A DNA stretch of 24,000 bases from Serratia proteamaculans (GTDB taxonomy: Bacteria; Pseudomonadota; Gammaproteobacteria; Enterobacterales; Enterobacteriaceae): NCBI RefSeq assembly GCF_004684015.1, contig NZ_SRIA01000013.1, forward strand, positions 124,579 to 148,578, in the 5' to 3' direction. The first letter of the stretch is position 1. The number at the start of each line of letters is the position of its first letter. Below, one piece after another: positions 16,487 through 24,000 of this stretch. The notes beneath the pieces were generated by a model. The model was given only the letters and a program-made list of their open reading frames with translations, was not told the DNA's origin and ran no database searches. A program made the position numbers and the translations under genes.

Positions 16487-19400
16487 ATGTCGAATTTTGC
16501 TTTCTTAAGTGAGTGGTCAGAAATTCAGCTAAATGCTCAGCAGGCGGAGAAAATGCTGAACAGCGATCCCCGTACCTGTTGTTTTTACAGTCGTTACACG
16601 CTGGAGCGAGCTGTTCACTGGATGTATGAATTCGACAGGGGATTACTGAAACCTAAGTATGATACCAGCCTTAACACGTTAATAAACCAGCCTGATTTTC
16701 GCGATTTGGTGGGGACCAGCGTTTTCCCTAAGATTAAAGCGATCCAGAAATCAGGTAATAATGCAGTGCACAGTTCTGCGAAAGTGAGTGCCGCTGTCGC
16801 CACGCAAACCCTGAAAGAGTTGCACCACGTTCTTTACTGGCTCTATCGTACCTATACCGCCCATCAGCCCGCCAGCAATCATGTGTTTGATCTTAAAAAT
16901 GTCCCGCAAACGGTTCATGTTGATGCCGAACTGATTACCCGCAGCGCGCAAAAGCTCAAAGAGTTACAACAGCAACTTGAAGAACGGGATAGTCAGCAGG
17001 AGCGTGAAGAGGAAAAACGCGAGCGGGAAAATGCCACCCTACGCCAGGAGCTGGAACAACTTAAAGCGAGAGTTGCTGAGCGTAAGCTGCAAAACGTTGA
17101 AGTTAAGGACAGTCATAATTACAACGAAGCTGAAACCCGTCACTTTATTATCGACCAATACCTAAAAGAGATGGGGTGGCTACTGGAGGACAGTCGCGAT
17201 CGCGAATATCCGGTCGCAGGAATGCCTCTTTCCAGCCAAAATCCGCAGGGAAATGGTTTTGTTGATTATGTTCTCTGGGGAGAAGACGGCAAGCCGCTGG
17301 CGGTTGTTGAGGCTAAACGTACTACAGTGGACGTTCAGCAGGGGAAGCGTCAGGCTGAACTTTATGCTGATTGCCTGCAGCAGGACTCCCGGTTTGAGGG
17401 CCGCCGCCCGTTAATCTATTTCACCAATGGCTATGAGATCTTCTTCTGGGACGATCTGAACTATGTGCCGCGTAAAGTGCAGGGTTTTTTATCCAGAGAT
17501 GAAATGCAGCGTCTGATCGATCGTCGCGAGTTGGCACAAAATCTGAATAATGTCGAGATCGACACGAGTATTGCTGGTCATAAACGCCCCTATCAACAGC
17601 AGGCTATTCGGGCTGTGTGTGAACAATTTGACCAGCAGCGTCGGCGCAAAGCGCTGTTAGTGATGGCTACTGGGACAGGGAAAACCCGAACGATTATCGG
17701 CCTGCTGGACCTCTTGATGCGCGCAGGTTGGGTAAAGAACGCATTATTTCTCGCTGATCGTAATGCACTGGTGACCCAGGCTAAAAAGGAGTTCTCAAAG
17801 CTGTTGCCGAAATGCTCACCGGAGATTCTGAGTGGGGCAACCAGTACATTGAAAGGACGACTGTATCTGTCAACTTACCCCACTATGATGAACTTGCTTA
17901 GCGCACCGGCGGACAGTCGCTTGTTCGGCGTCGGGCATTTTGACCTGGTGATTGTCGATGAAGCTCATCGCTCGGTTTATAAGAAATACGGCTATATCTT
18001 CGACTATTTTGATTCCCTGTTAGTGGGCCTGACCGCAACACCGAAAGCCGATCTTGATAAAAATACCTATGACGTCTTTCAGTTACCTGACGATGACCCG
18101 ACCTTTGCTTATGAACTACAGGAAGCCATCGATGATGGTTACCTCGTTCCACCGCGCGACGTCCGTGTTGAGCTGGGCTTTGTACGACAGGGGATTAAAT
18201 ACAGTGAATTAAGCAAAGATGAGCAGGAAGAGTGGGAAAGCAGTGAAGAGTTGGCCGAGCGGGATGAGGTGCTGCCTTCTGAAATTAACGAATTCTTATT
18301 TAATAAACCCACGGTTACTGCGGCCCTCAAAACACTAATGGAAAGAGGGATTAAAGTTGCAGGCGGCGACAGATTGGCGAAGACGATTATTTTTGCAGCA
18401 AATAATCGTCATGCACAGTTTATCAATGAGGTGTTCGATGACAATTTCCCAAAATTTAAAGGGAAATTTGCTCGCACGGTAACCTATAAAGAAAAATATG
18501 CCGAAAGCCTTATTGAAGAATTTAAAGGCGAACGAGACCCTGTTGATCCCAATACGCCTATGACGCTGGCTATTTCTGTCGATATGCTTGATACCGGCGT
18601 GGATGTCCCTGAAGTTTCCAATCTGATGTTTTTTAAGGTTGTTAAGTCTAAGGTGAAGTTCATGCAAATGCTGGGGCGTGGTACCCGACTGTGCGAGAAA
18701 TTATTCGGCCCCGTGACCCCGGATGATGACAAAATAGAATTTAAAGTATTCGACATCTGCCAGAATTTTGAGTATTTCGAAATGAATCCGCAGGGAGCCG
18801 CAGATTCTGCTGGTAAGTCGCTGTCACAGTCGTTATTTGAGAATCGCTTGATGCTGGCTCAGGTGCTAAAAGGCCACGAGGAAAGCGGTAACTATGGCGG
18901 GACCCTCAGGCAATATTTGCTGACAATGCTTCACCATCGTGTTGCTGGTATGAGCCTGGATAATTTTATTGTCCGTCCTAACCGTAAGCTGGTTGAGAAG
19001 TACCAGAAAGCCTTGATTTGGCAGGATTTGACGGATGAACATCTTGGCGAATTGATTAGTCAAATATCCCGGCTACCAAGTGCAGCGGAACCGCTTGATG
19101 AAAAGGAGCGGGAAGAAGAGTTGGCGTTGCGTTTCGATCAGTTAATTTTGACGATGCAGCTGGCTTTGCTTGAACGTAGAGGCGTTAGCGATACTCAGCA
19201 GGACAAATTGCTACAGATTGCCCAGAAGCTGAAAAGTAAGGCCAGCATTCCTCTGGTTGAAGTGCAAATCGAATGGCTCGAGTATGTGCTGAGTAAACAC
19301 TTCTGGCAGGAACTTTCCCTTGAAGATCTGGAGAAGACTCGCCTGCGTTTGCGTTTGTTGCTCCGGTTTGTCGATAAAGATAGCACGGGTGTGGTCTACA

Positions 19401-19948
19401 CCAATTTTCAGGATGAGCTCCTCTCTGTGCATGAGAGTGAATCACCCTACACCTTTACCTATGGCGATGCGTTAACGCTGTACAGGAAACGTGTTGAATC
19501 CTGGGTGAGGGAACACCAGCATGACCTCACTATCCAGAGGCTGCGTCGTGGGCAACATATTACTAAACTTGATCTTGAACTACTGGATCACAAGCTGTTT
19601 GAAGCGAGCGGTATCGAGAATACCGAGACTTACCAACAAACAATTCATCCCGATAAGCCTTTGGGCATTTTTATACGTGAACTTGTTGGGCTTGATCGCC
19701 ATGCGGCCAAAGCCGCGTTTGCCGATTATCTCGATGAGACTCGTTTTGATAGTCAGCAGATTCATTTCGTCAACACTATCATAGAATGGTTGACGGAAAA
19801 CGGTACGATGAGTCCGGAACGACTGGCCCAGCCTCCATTCACCGATGAGCATTTTGAGGGAGTATTTGGAATATTTGATGTTCCAACAGCGATGGTGTTA
19901 CGCGACAGACTCATCAGCATTGAACATAGTGCAGTTGGCCAAATTTAG
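16487..19948 (+). CDS. hsdR: Type I restriction enzyme, endonuclease/translocase subunit HsdR (1153 aa) with N-terminal extension
   Basis: PD-(D/E)xK nuclease core D260...E275-A-K277 (FVDYVLWGEDGKPLAVVEAKR, nt 17264-17317). SF2 helicase motif I MATGTGKT (17663-17686), motif II DEAH (17957-17968) and motif VI QMLGRGTR. The C-terminal region resembles the EcoEI-type HsdR C-terminal domain. The start lies 16 nt after hsdS with an AAGGA SD. Confidence 0.93.
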   Translation: MSNFAFLSEWSEIQLNAQQAEKMLNSDPRTCCFYSRYTLERAVHWMYEFDRGLLKPKYDTSLNTLINQPDFRDLVGTSVFPKIKAIQKSGNNAVHSSAKVSAAVATQTLKELHHVLYWLYRTYTAHQPASNHVFDLKNVPQTVHVDAELITRSAQKLKELQQQLEERDSQQEREEEKRERENATLRQELEQLKARVAERKLQNVEVKDSHNYNEAETRHFIIDQYLKEMGWLLEDSRDREYPVAGMPLSSQNPQGNGFVDYVLWGEDGKPLAVVEAKRTTVDVQQGKRQAELYADCLQQDSRFEGRRPLIYFTNGYEIFFWDDLNYVPRKVQGFLSRDEMQRLIDRRELAQNLNNVEIDTSIAGHKRPYQQQAIRAVCEQFDQQRRRKALLVMATGTGKTRTIIGLLDLLMRAGWVKNALFLADRNALVTQAKKEFSKLLPKCSPEILSGATSTLKGRLYLSTYPTMMNLLSAPADSRLFGVGHFDLVIVDEAHRSVYKKYGYIFDYFDSLLVGLTATPKADLDKNTYDVFQLPDDDPTFAYELQEAIDDGYLVPPRDVRVELGFVRQGIKYSELSKDEQEEWESSEELAERDEVLPSEINEFLFNKPTVTAALKTLMERGIKVAGGDRLAKTIIFAANNRHAQFINEVFDDNFPKFKGKFARTVTYKEKYAESLIEEFKGERDPVDPNTPMTLAISVDMLDTGVDVPEVSNLMFFKVVKSKVKFMQMLGRGTRLCEKLFGPVTPDDDKIEFKVFDICQNFEYFEMNPQGAADSAGKSLSQSLFENRLMLAQVLKGHEESGNYGGTLRQYLLTMLHHRVAGMSLDNFIVRPNRKLVEKYQKALIWQDLTDEHLGELISQISRLPSAAEPLDEKEREEELALRFDQLILTMQLALLERRGVSDTQQDKLLQIAQKLKSKASIPLVEVQIEWLEYVLSKHFWQELSLEDLEKTRLRLRLLLRFVDKDSTGVVYTNFQDELLSVHESESPYTFTYGDALTLYRKRVESWVREHQHDLTIQRLRRGQHITKLDLELLDHKLFEASGIENTETYQQTIHPDKPLGIFIRELVGLDRHAAKAAFADYLDETRFDSQQIHFVNTIIEWLTENGTMSPERLAQPPFTDEHFEGVFGIFDVPTAMVLRDRLISIEHSAVGQI

Positions 19949-19954
19949 TAAACC

Positions 19955-19993
19955 AATACACACCTTGTTCGTGGCACTGGTGTTATTTGTTTG
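19955..19993 (+). terminator. Candidate rho-independent terminator of hsdR
   Basis: AATA(c)ACACC (19955-19964) pairs with GGTGTTATT (19979-19987) with one bulge and is followed by T-rich TGTTTGTTG. It starts 7 nt after the TAG stop. The loop is long (14 nt), so confidence is moderate. Confidence 0.45.
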
Positions 19994-20374
19994 TTGTCCG
20001 ATCAGCGTTAACTATTAGGTTGTCTGTCATGCCTGTTTTTGGTTATTCTTTTATTAAGAGCGTACGGACACATATGGACTAAAAGCGTCATGGTGAATTA
20101 TTGATGCAACTGTGAAGTGCATAAGAGGGAATATGTTTGGCAATCTCTTTAGAAATATATCTTTTGGCGAAATGCCCGCCGAAAGCTCCATACAATAAAG
20201 CCCTGTACCAAAATTACCACATCTGACGATGCCCACTCTGAATGCTTCACAACCGAAGCCGCGTCAACGGTATGCCCTGACAACAACGCATTACCTGCGG
20301 ATCTGATCGTCTTTCTCCCCCTCAGAAAATACACATTCATCCTAAAGCATCAACTGCTTTCGGGGCTGGGAAAA

Positions 20375-20974
20375 GTGTCACAATTTGTACTTAAGGCACT
20401 ATCTAGGGAAGGATTCGGGCTGGAGGATATTGAGCGTATTACAGGCCTGACGGAAGAACATTTGTCGCCAATTTTGAGTCGACTGGCCGCTTTGGGCTGG
20501 TATGAACCCGCGCGCATGGAATTAACTCCTCGGGGATATGAAATGGCAAAGGCGGCCGGATTGACCGGGCGTCGTTTCTCCCTGTGGATCGATGGGTTGG
20601 ATAACAGAAACTCCCCCTTAATCCTCATTTCCGCTAACCAGATTGTACAACCGGAGGATGACAGACACGGGATTCGATTACCTGAATTTGAACGTGACTG
20701 GAATATCCTTGAAGTTCTACAGCAGCAGAGGTTATCGCGGAGACTGAGCGCCTATAAGGACAACGAAGGGGATCTCATGCCGCTGCTGTTGCTGCTTTGC
20801 GATGAAGCAGAACATGCTGCGCTGCAGCAGCAGAAGCTGGCCTGGGATTTCGAGCTGGAACTTGATCGCGAGTTATCCCAGCCGGGCTATATCGAACTCA
20901 TGCTTGCGCAGGGGCTTGCTATCGGTAATGACAGCGGTAAGCCGGTCAATCTCGGGTTGATTGCACAACAATAA
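20375..20974 (+). CDS. Hypothetical protein with N-terminal winged-helix-like domain (199 codons from GTG); possibly a gene fragment
   Basis: Long ORF with protein-like composition. The first ~60 aa look like a wHTH (SQFVLKALSREGFGLEDIERITGLTEEHLSPILSRLAALGWYE..LTPRGYEMA). I recognise no family for the rest. The only canonical start is the GTG at 20375, with weak GGGA upstream, and the frame is open a further 74 codons upstream without a start codon. Confidence 0.5.
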   Translation: MSQFVLKALSREGFGLEDIERITGLTEEHLSPILSRLAALGWYEPARMELTPRGYEMAKAAGLTGRRFSLWIDGLDNRNSPLILISANQIVQPEDDRHGIRLPEFERDWNILEVLQQQRLSRRLSAYKDNEGDLMPLLLLLCDEAEHAALQQQKLAWDFELELDRELSQPGYIELMLAQGLAIGNDSGKPVNLGLIAQQ

Positions 20975-20978
20975 ATAT

Positions 20979-22553
20979 TCAGTTTGTCTTTAGATGCGCC
21001 CATAGTCTGTCTAGCAATTGGCTGGAACTCTCGGCATTTTGCATTGTAAAGCAACCAGTCTGATGTTCCTGCCACCACGATTCGGATTCAAGCTCGGCAA
21101 GATGGTCATTACAGGGGACCAGCAGCAACGAAAGCACCGGACGTTTTCGCTCCCATCTCAGGCTGTCGTGATAAATATGAGCTGATGCCATCTCTTCAAG
21201 AATACGTTTGCTTCGCGAAGTGTATTTGCTGTCCAGGCAAATAAATTGTGTCATTCCAGCATTTACCACCTCCAGTACCAAATCAGGTCGACGCATCCCA
21301 CTGATGGAGTGAGGGACGTTTTGATTCGCTGAAGGCCTATGAAGTATTGCACGAAATGATTTCTGACTGTGCAGCCTTATACTGAAACCTTCGTGTTTTG
21401 CACGAAATGTGAGCCTGCCTGAATGCTGCGACAGCTGCCATTTCATATGTGGGAACTTTCGCTTCAGGCCGTTTGTTAAGGCAACGAAGCACCAGACTTC
21501 ATAAATGGCCCAGCTAGGTATCAGATAATGACTTTCATCACTGGATAGTCCGGATATGCCCTCACGAAGTAATCTCACTCCCATGCGCCACGTCAGCTGA
21601 TAATGAGGATGTCCGGCTACAGACTCGAAGTCCATCCCATAGGATTTTTCGGCATCTGTGGATGAAAAAGGCAGTTGCTGGGTGACATGCCGCAAGTGTT
21701 TTTTAATTACTGTAAGATAATTAATTCTACGAATTAGCCTCTCATTCAGGCTGGTTCGAGTCTCTGAGGCTTCGTTAACCGTTGTCGTCAGATCGCGTTT
21801 CAGGTCAGTAAGAATCTGTGTCACTCGTCGGTCTATCAAATTTAACTGGAATTTGAGCTGGCGATTTGCCGGCGTATCCCAGGACTTATCTATAAAAGTC
21901 GCCTGTACCTGCAGATTTTGAACGTCTCTGAAGGCAGAGCTGGTATTGGCTCTGGTCCCGGTCAGCAAATCTGCATGCTGGATGAGTTGCTGCACAACGG
22001 AAGGCGTGAGCTTTTTCAATCTTCCCAGCGTGTACAGTTGAGTCTGTTGTTGATAGCCTTGTACCGGGGTTAGAAGGACGGCTTTTAATCCCTGAGCATA
22101 GAGCGGAAAGAACTGCTTTATTCGAGCGTAACGTAGCCAGAGCCCAGCAAAGCGCGAAATGCCACCCAACTGGTGCTGCCCGGGTTCACTCCCTGCCAGT
22201 CTTGCACTGTCAAAATGAACAATGTCCTGAATAAATTGTTGCCAGGCTTGCTTACCGCTTTTGTCTGGGTCATTACTCACATCGACACGCCAACTTATAA
22301 TGGTGGCCTGATCGCTCAGAACGAGTTCCAGATCTACTTCTCCTGCGTAGAAACCCGGCTGCCAGACCCAGTAGTCCGGTATTCTCTGCAGACAGGCATC
22401 ATCAACATATAGCTGTGCTGACTGCAGATCTTTCGGGCATTCGATAAAGTACCTGCAACGTTCCGAAAACCCCCTTATAGGCTGATTTGCGGTATCCAGC
22501 AGTGCGGTGGGGGTAGCGCTGCGATTTCCTTCTTCCCAGACTCTGAGTCTCAT
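20979..22553 (-). CDS. McrC-like nuclease subunit: DUF2357-like N-terminal region plus C-terminal PD-(D/E)xK nuclease (524 aa)
   Basis: Translationally coupled to the upstream AAA+ gene (TGA-t-ATG at 22551-22557). It has an N-terminal WVWQPGFYAGEVDLEL-type segment and a C-terminal E352 (YEVW), P423-D424 (RRPDLVLEV) and D441-S-K443 (ICLDSKY), nt 21225-21287, which is a restriction-endonuclease-like core. Confidence 0.7.
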   Translation of the reverse strand: MRLRVWEEGNRSATPTALLDTANQPIRGFSERCRYFIECPKDLQSAQLYVDDACLQRIPDYWVWQPGFYAGEVDLELVLSDQATIISWRVDVSNDPDKSGKQAWQQFIQDIVHFDSARLAGSEPGQHQLGGISRFAGLWLRYARIKQFFPLYAQGLKAVLLTPVQGYQQQTQLYTLGRLKKLTPSVVQQLIQHADLLTGTRANTSSAFRDVQNLQVQATFIDKSWDTPANRQLKFQLNLIDRRVTQILTDLKRDLTTTVNEASETRTSLNERLIRRINYLTVIKKHLRHVTQQLPFSSTDAEKSYGMDFESVAGHPHYQLTWRMGVRLLREGISGLSSDESHYLIPSWAIYEVWCFVALTNGLKRKFPHMKWQLSQHSGRLTFRAKHEGFSIRLHSQKSFRAILHRPSANQNVPHSISGMRRPDLVLEVVNAGMTQFICLDSKYTSRSKRILEEMASAHIYHDSLRWERKRPVLSLLLVPCNDHLAELESESWWQEHQTGCFTMQNAESSSQLLDRLWAHLKTN

Positions 22554-22554
22554 A

Positions 22555-24000
22555 TCAGCGCCAGAACCTCATCATGCCAGCATTCTCCAGGTCACTTGAT
22601 AAGGATATTAACTTGTTAGCACACTGTGGTAGGTTAAGTTTCAGACAGAGGGCATGACAGTCCTGAAGCATTTTTCGCAAACGAGCGCTATCTGAACCGC
22701 GAATCTTAGGTAAAACGCGGGCGTAAATGACGTCATCAAGGGCATCTACAAGGTTAAAAGAAGTCAGCTGTCGCGCAAGTGAGATGTGGCTGAGTACATC
22801 TTCTATGGTGCGCCAACCAAAGTGCAAGCGCTCAGGCTTTAAATACTCCATAAGTGAAGTTAAAACATCACGAACATGCCCCAGTTCTCCAACACTGAGT
22901 CCGTAGTTGTTCCAGCCCGGAAAGTTTTTCAGGTCAATCTCCCAAAACTCCATAGTCCATGCCCGGTCGAGCACTTTATCAGACAGGCTAAGCGTGGTTT
23001 CATCCATGTTAAGTGTTCCGATAAAGGCGACATTGGAAGGATAACGTAGGCGCGCTGGCACTCCATCAAACATATCGCCCTCACTGTGAAGCATCAGCTG
23101 TGTTCCAGATTCCATCGCAGACAGGAAGGGCGCGAAATAATGCTCCGGGTGAGAAAGATTCATTTCATCGAGTATAACGACGAACGGGATCTCTGGTGAA
23201 TTAGCTGCTTCCAGCAAAAAGTTTAGTAACGGGGTTCGGGTATAACTTTCTGGTCTGAGGGGGTTTATATAGCCCAGAAGCGCAGAGGGATCGTACCAAC
23301 CGGATAGCACGGGTTGAACAAACCAGGTTTTTTTATCTTCATCGGAAGCGGGGGCAGGATGATGAGTGCTTAGCGCCTGAGCGTATCTCAGTGCGAGTTG
23401 TGTTTTACCTGATCCCGAAAGGCCGGCCAATATTGCGAAGTGCCGCTGTTTGTGTGCCCATAGTCCCAAATGAAGTTGTTCAACCTGTCGTGTCTGGAAT
23501 GCACTATCTTTAATTACGTCGCTGATTATCGCATTTATGTTCAGGGAATGAACACTGAGTTCAGATGAAACCTCATCCACGTCCAGGTCAGTTTCGATGA
23601 CAGGTACTTGAGGCAAGAATTCGGGCTGCCACGTAATGCGATTAGCCCACCTAAGGCCTTCATCTGTCAGGCTGAAGGTTTTCCTTTCGTCCTTTTCAAC
23701 TAAGCCAAGTTGAATAAGCCAGCTCAGTATTGAGCGGGGTACTGTTTCTGATGTCCAACCTGTATGAACTTTGCGGAGTAAAAACAACAACTGTGTAAAA
23801 CTTTGGCTCTCGTCTTTCATCGCACACAGTACATGGTCCACACCCAAAATATGCGTGATCATTACCGGGATTAGTTCTTGAGGATCCTGCGTTCTTAGAA
23901 ATGCTACTCCACGGGAAGAGAGACTAAATATGTCTCCCTCTTTTTCAATCACAAAGAATTCGTTGCTGAGGATGCTGATAATGGTACTCAGGGTACTGTT
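22555..24000 (-). CDS. McrB-type AAA+ (AAA_5) NTPase with winged-helix-like N-terminal region; 5' end probably outside the window
   Basis: Walker A GLSGSGKT (23401-23424), Walker B VVILDEMN (23158-23181) and McrB-position motif GTLNMDETT...DKVLDRA (22960-23019). The frame has no stop between the GTG at 23952 and base 24000 (..NSTLSTIISILSNEFFVIEKEG..), so the true start may lie beyond the window. Confidence 0.8.
   Translation of the reverse strand, partial: NSTLSTIISILSNEFFVIEKEGDIFSLSSRGVAFLRTQDPQELIPVMITHILGVDHVLCAMKDESQSFTQLLFLLRKVHTGWTSETVPRSILSWLIQLGLVEKDERKTFSLTDEGLRWANRITWQPEFLPQVPVIETDLDVDEVSSELSVHSLNINAIISDVIKDSAFQTRQVEQLHLGLWAHKQRHFAILAGLSGSGKTQLALRYAQALSTHHPAPASDEDKKTWFVQPVLSGWYDPSALLGYINPLRPESYTRTPLLNFLLEAANSPEIPFVVILDEMNLSHPEHYFAPFLSAMESGTQLMLHSEGDMFDGVPARLRYPSNVAFIGTLNMDETTLSLSDKVLDRAWTMEFWEIDLKNFPGWNNYGLSVGELGHVRDVLTSLMEYLKPERLHFGWRTIEDVLSHISLARQLTSFNLVDALDDVIYARVLPKIRGSDSARLRKMLQDCHALCLKLNLPQCANKLISLSSDLENAGMMRFWR

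Larger units (their letters stand above)
12916..24000. other. Restriction/defence genomic island (left junction visible, right end beyond the window)
   Basis: There is an abrupt change from GC-rich genes syntenic with the E. coli ebg/ygj region to visibly AT-richer sequence. Every recognisable gene in that sequence is restriction-related (hsdMSR, McrBC-like pair). No integrase, transposase or tRNA is present in the visible part. Confidence 0.65.

Noticed and set aside
16943-17101. Charged coiled coil, considered as a hallmark of CoCoNuT-type (coiled-coil nuclease tandem) McrBC relatives
   Set aside because: The coiled coil is in HsdR, not in the McrB-like protein. The visible N-terminus of the McrB-like NTPase shows no long heptad region.
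13619-19852. Assorted 60-160-aa off-frame or antisense ORFs inside hsdM, hsdS and hsdR
   Set aside because: All are nested within genes that have clear methyltransferase, specificity or helicase-nuclease motifs, and none has independent support.
20133-20198. 21-codon plus-strand mini-ORF (MFGNLFRNISFGEMPAESSIQ) with an AAGAGG-like SD
   Set aside because: It is too short and featureless to call a gene from sequence alone, and the SD spacing is short. It is mentioned under the gap finding instead.
20054-20340. Two overlapping minus-strand ORFs (60 and 63 aa) in the hsdR-wHTH gap, considered as small toxin/antitoxin or Abi genes
   Set aside because: They have no usable Shine-Dalgarno (the AGG directly abuts the ATG at 20340). 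They overlap each other out of frame and have no recognisable fold or motifs. I kept this only as part of the degraded-region finding.

Overview
Enterobacterales chromosomal window: the ebg/ygj sugar-utilisation locus abutting a restriction/defence island. Bases 1-12.9 kb are conserved, GC-rich genes: a 5'-truncated tri-haem cytochrome c peroxidase (yhjA), a UspA-family gene, ygjJ-ygjK (outer-membrane beta-barrel plus GH63 glucosidase, minus strand), ebgR, ebgA-ebgC (GH2 evolved beta-galactosidase), the APC-type permease ygjI, a compound REP-type palindromic element and a RibD_C/DHFR-like reductase. Bases 12.9-13.6 kb are a gene-free, AT-richer junction holding three unusually long perfect hairpins. 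Bases 13.6-19.9 kb are a complete, tightly coupled type I R-M operon, hsdM-hsdS-hsdR. Bases 20.0-24.0 kb hold a 199-codon winged-helix ORF of no family I recognise. It converges, with 4 nt between the stop codons, on a two-gene McrBC-like module: a 524-aa DUF2357-like/PD-(D/E)xK nuclease and a McrB-type AAA+ NTPase whose winged-helix-like N-terminus runs off the window. I saw no tRNA, rRNA, CRISPR array, integrase or transposase. The best candidates for something undescribed are the atypical McrBC-like pair together with the orphan wHTH ORF, and the hairpin-rich island junction. A shared promoter architecture upstream of ebgA and ygjJ is also notable. All family assignments come from reading motifs and from remembered homologues; no database search was run.
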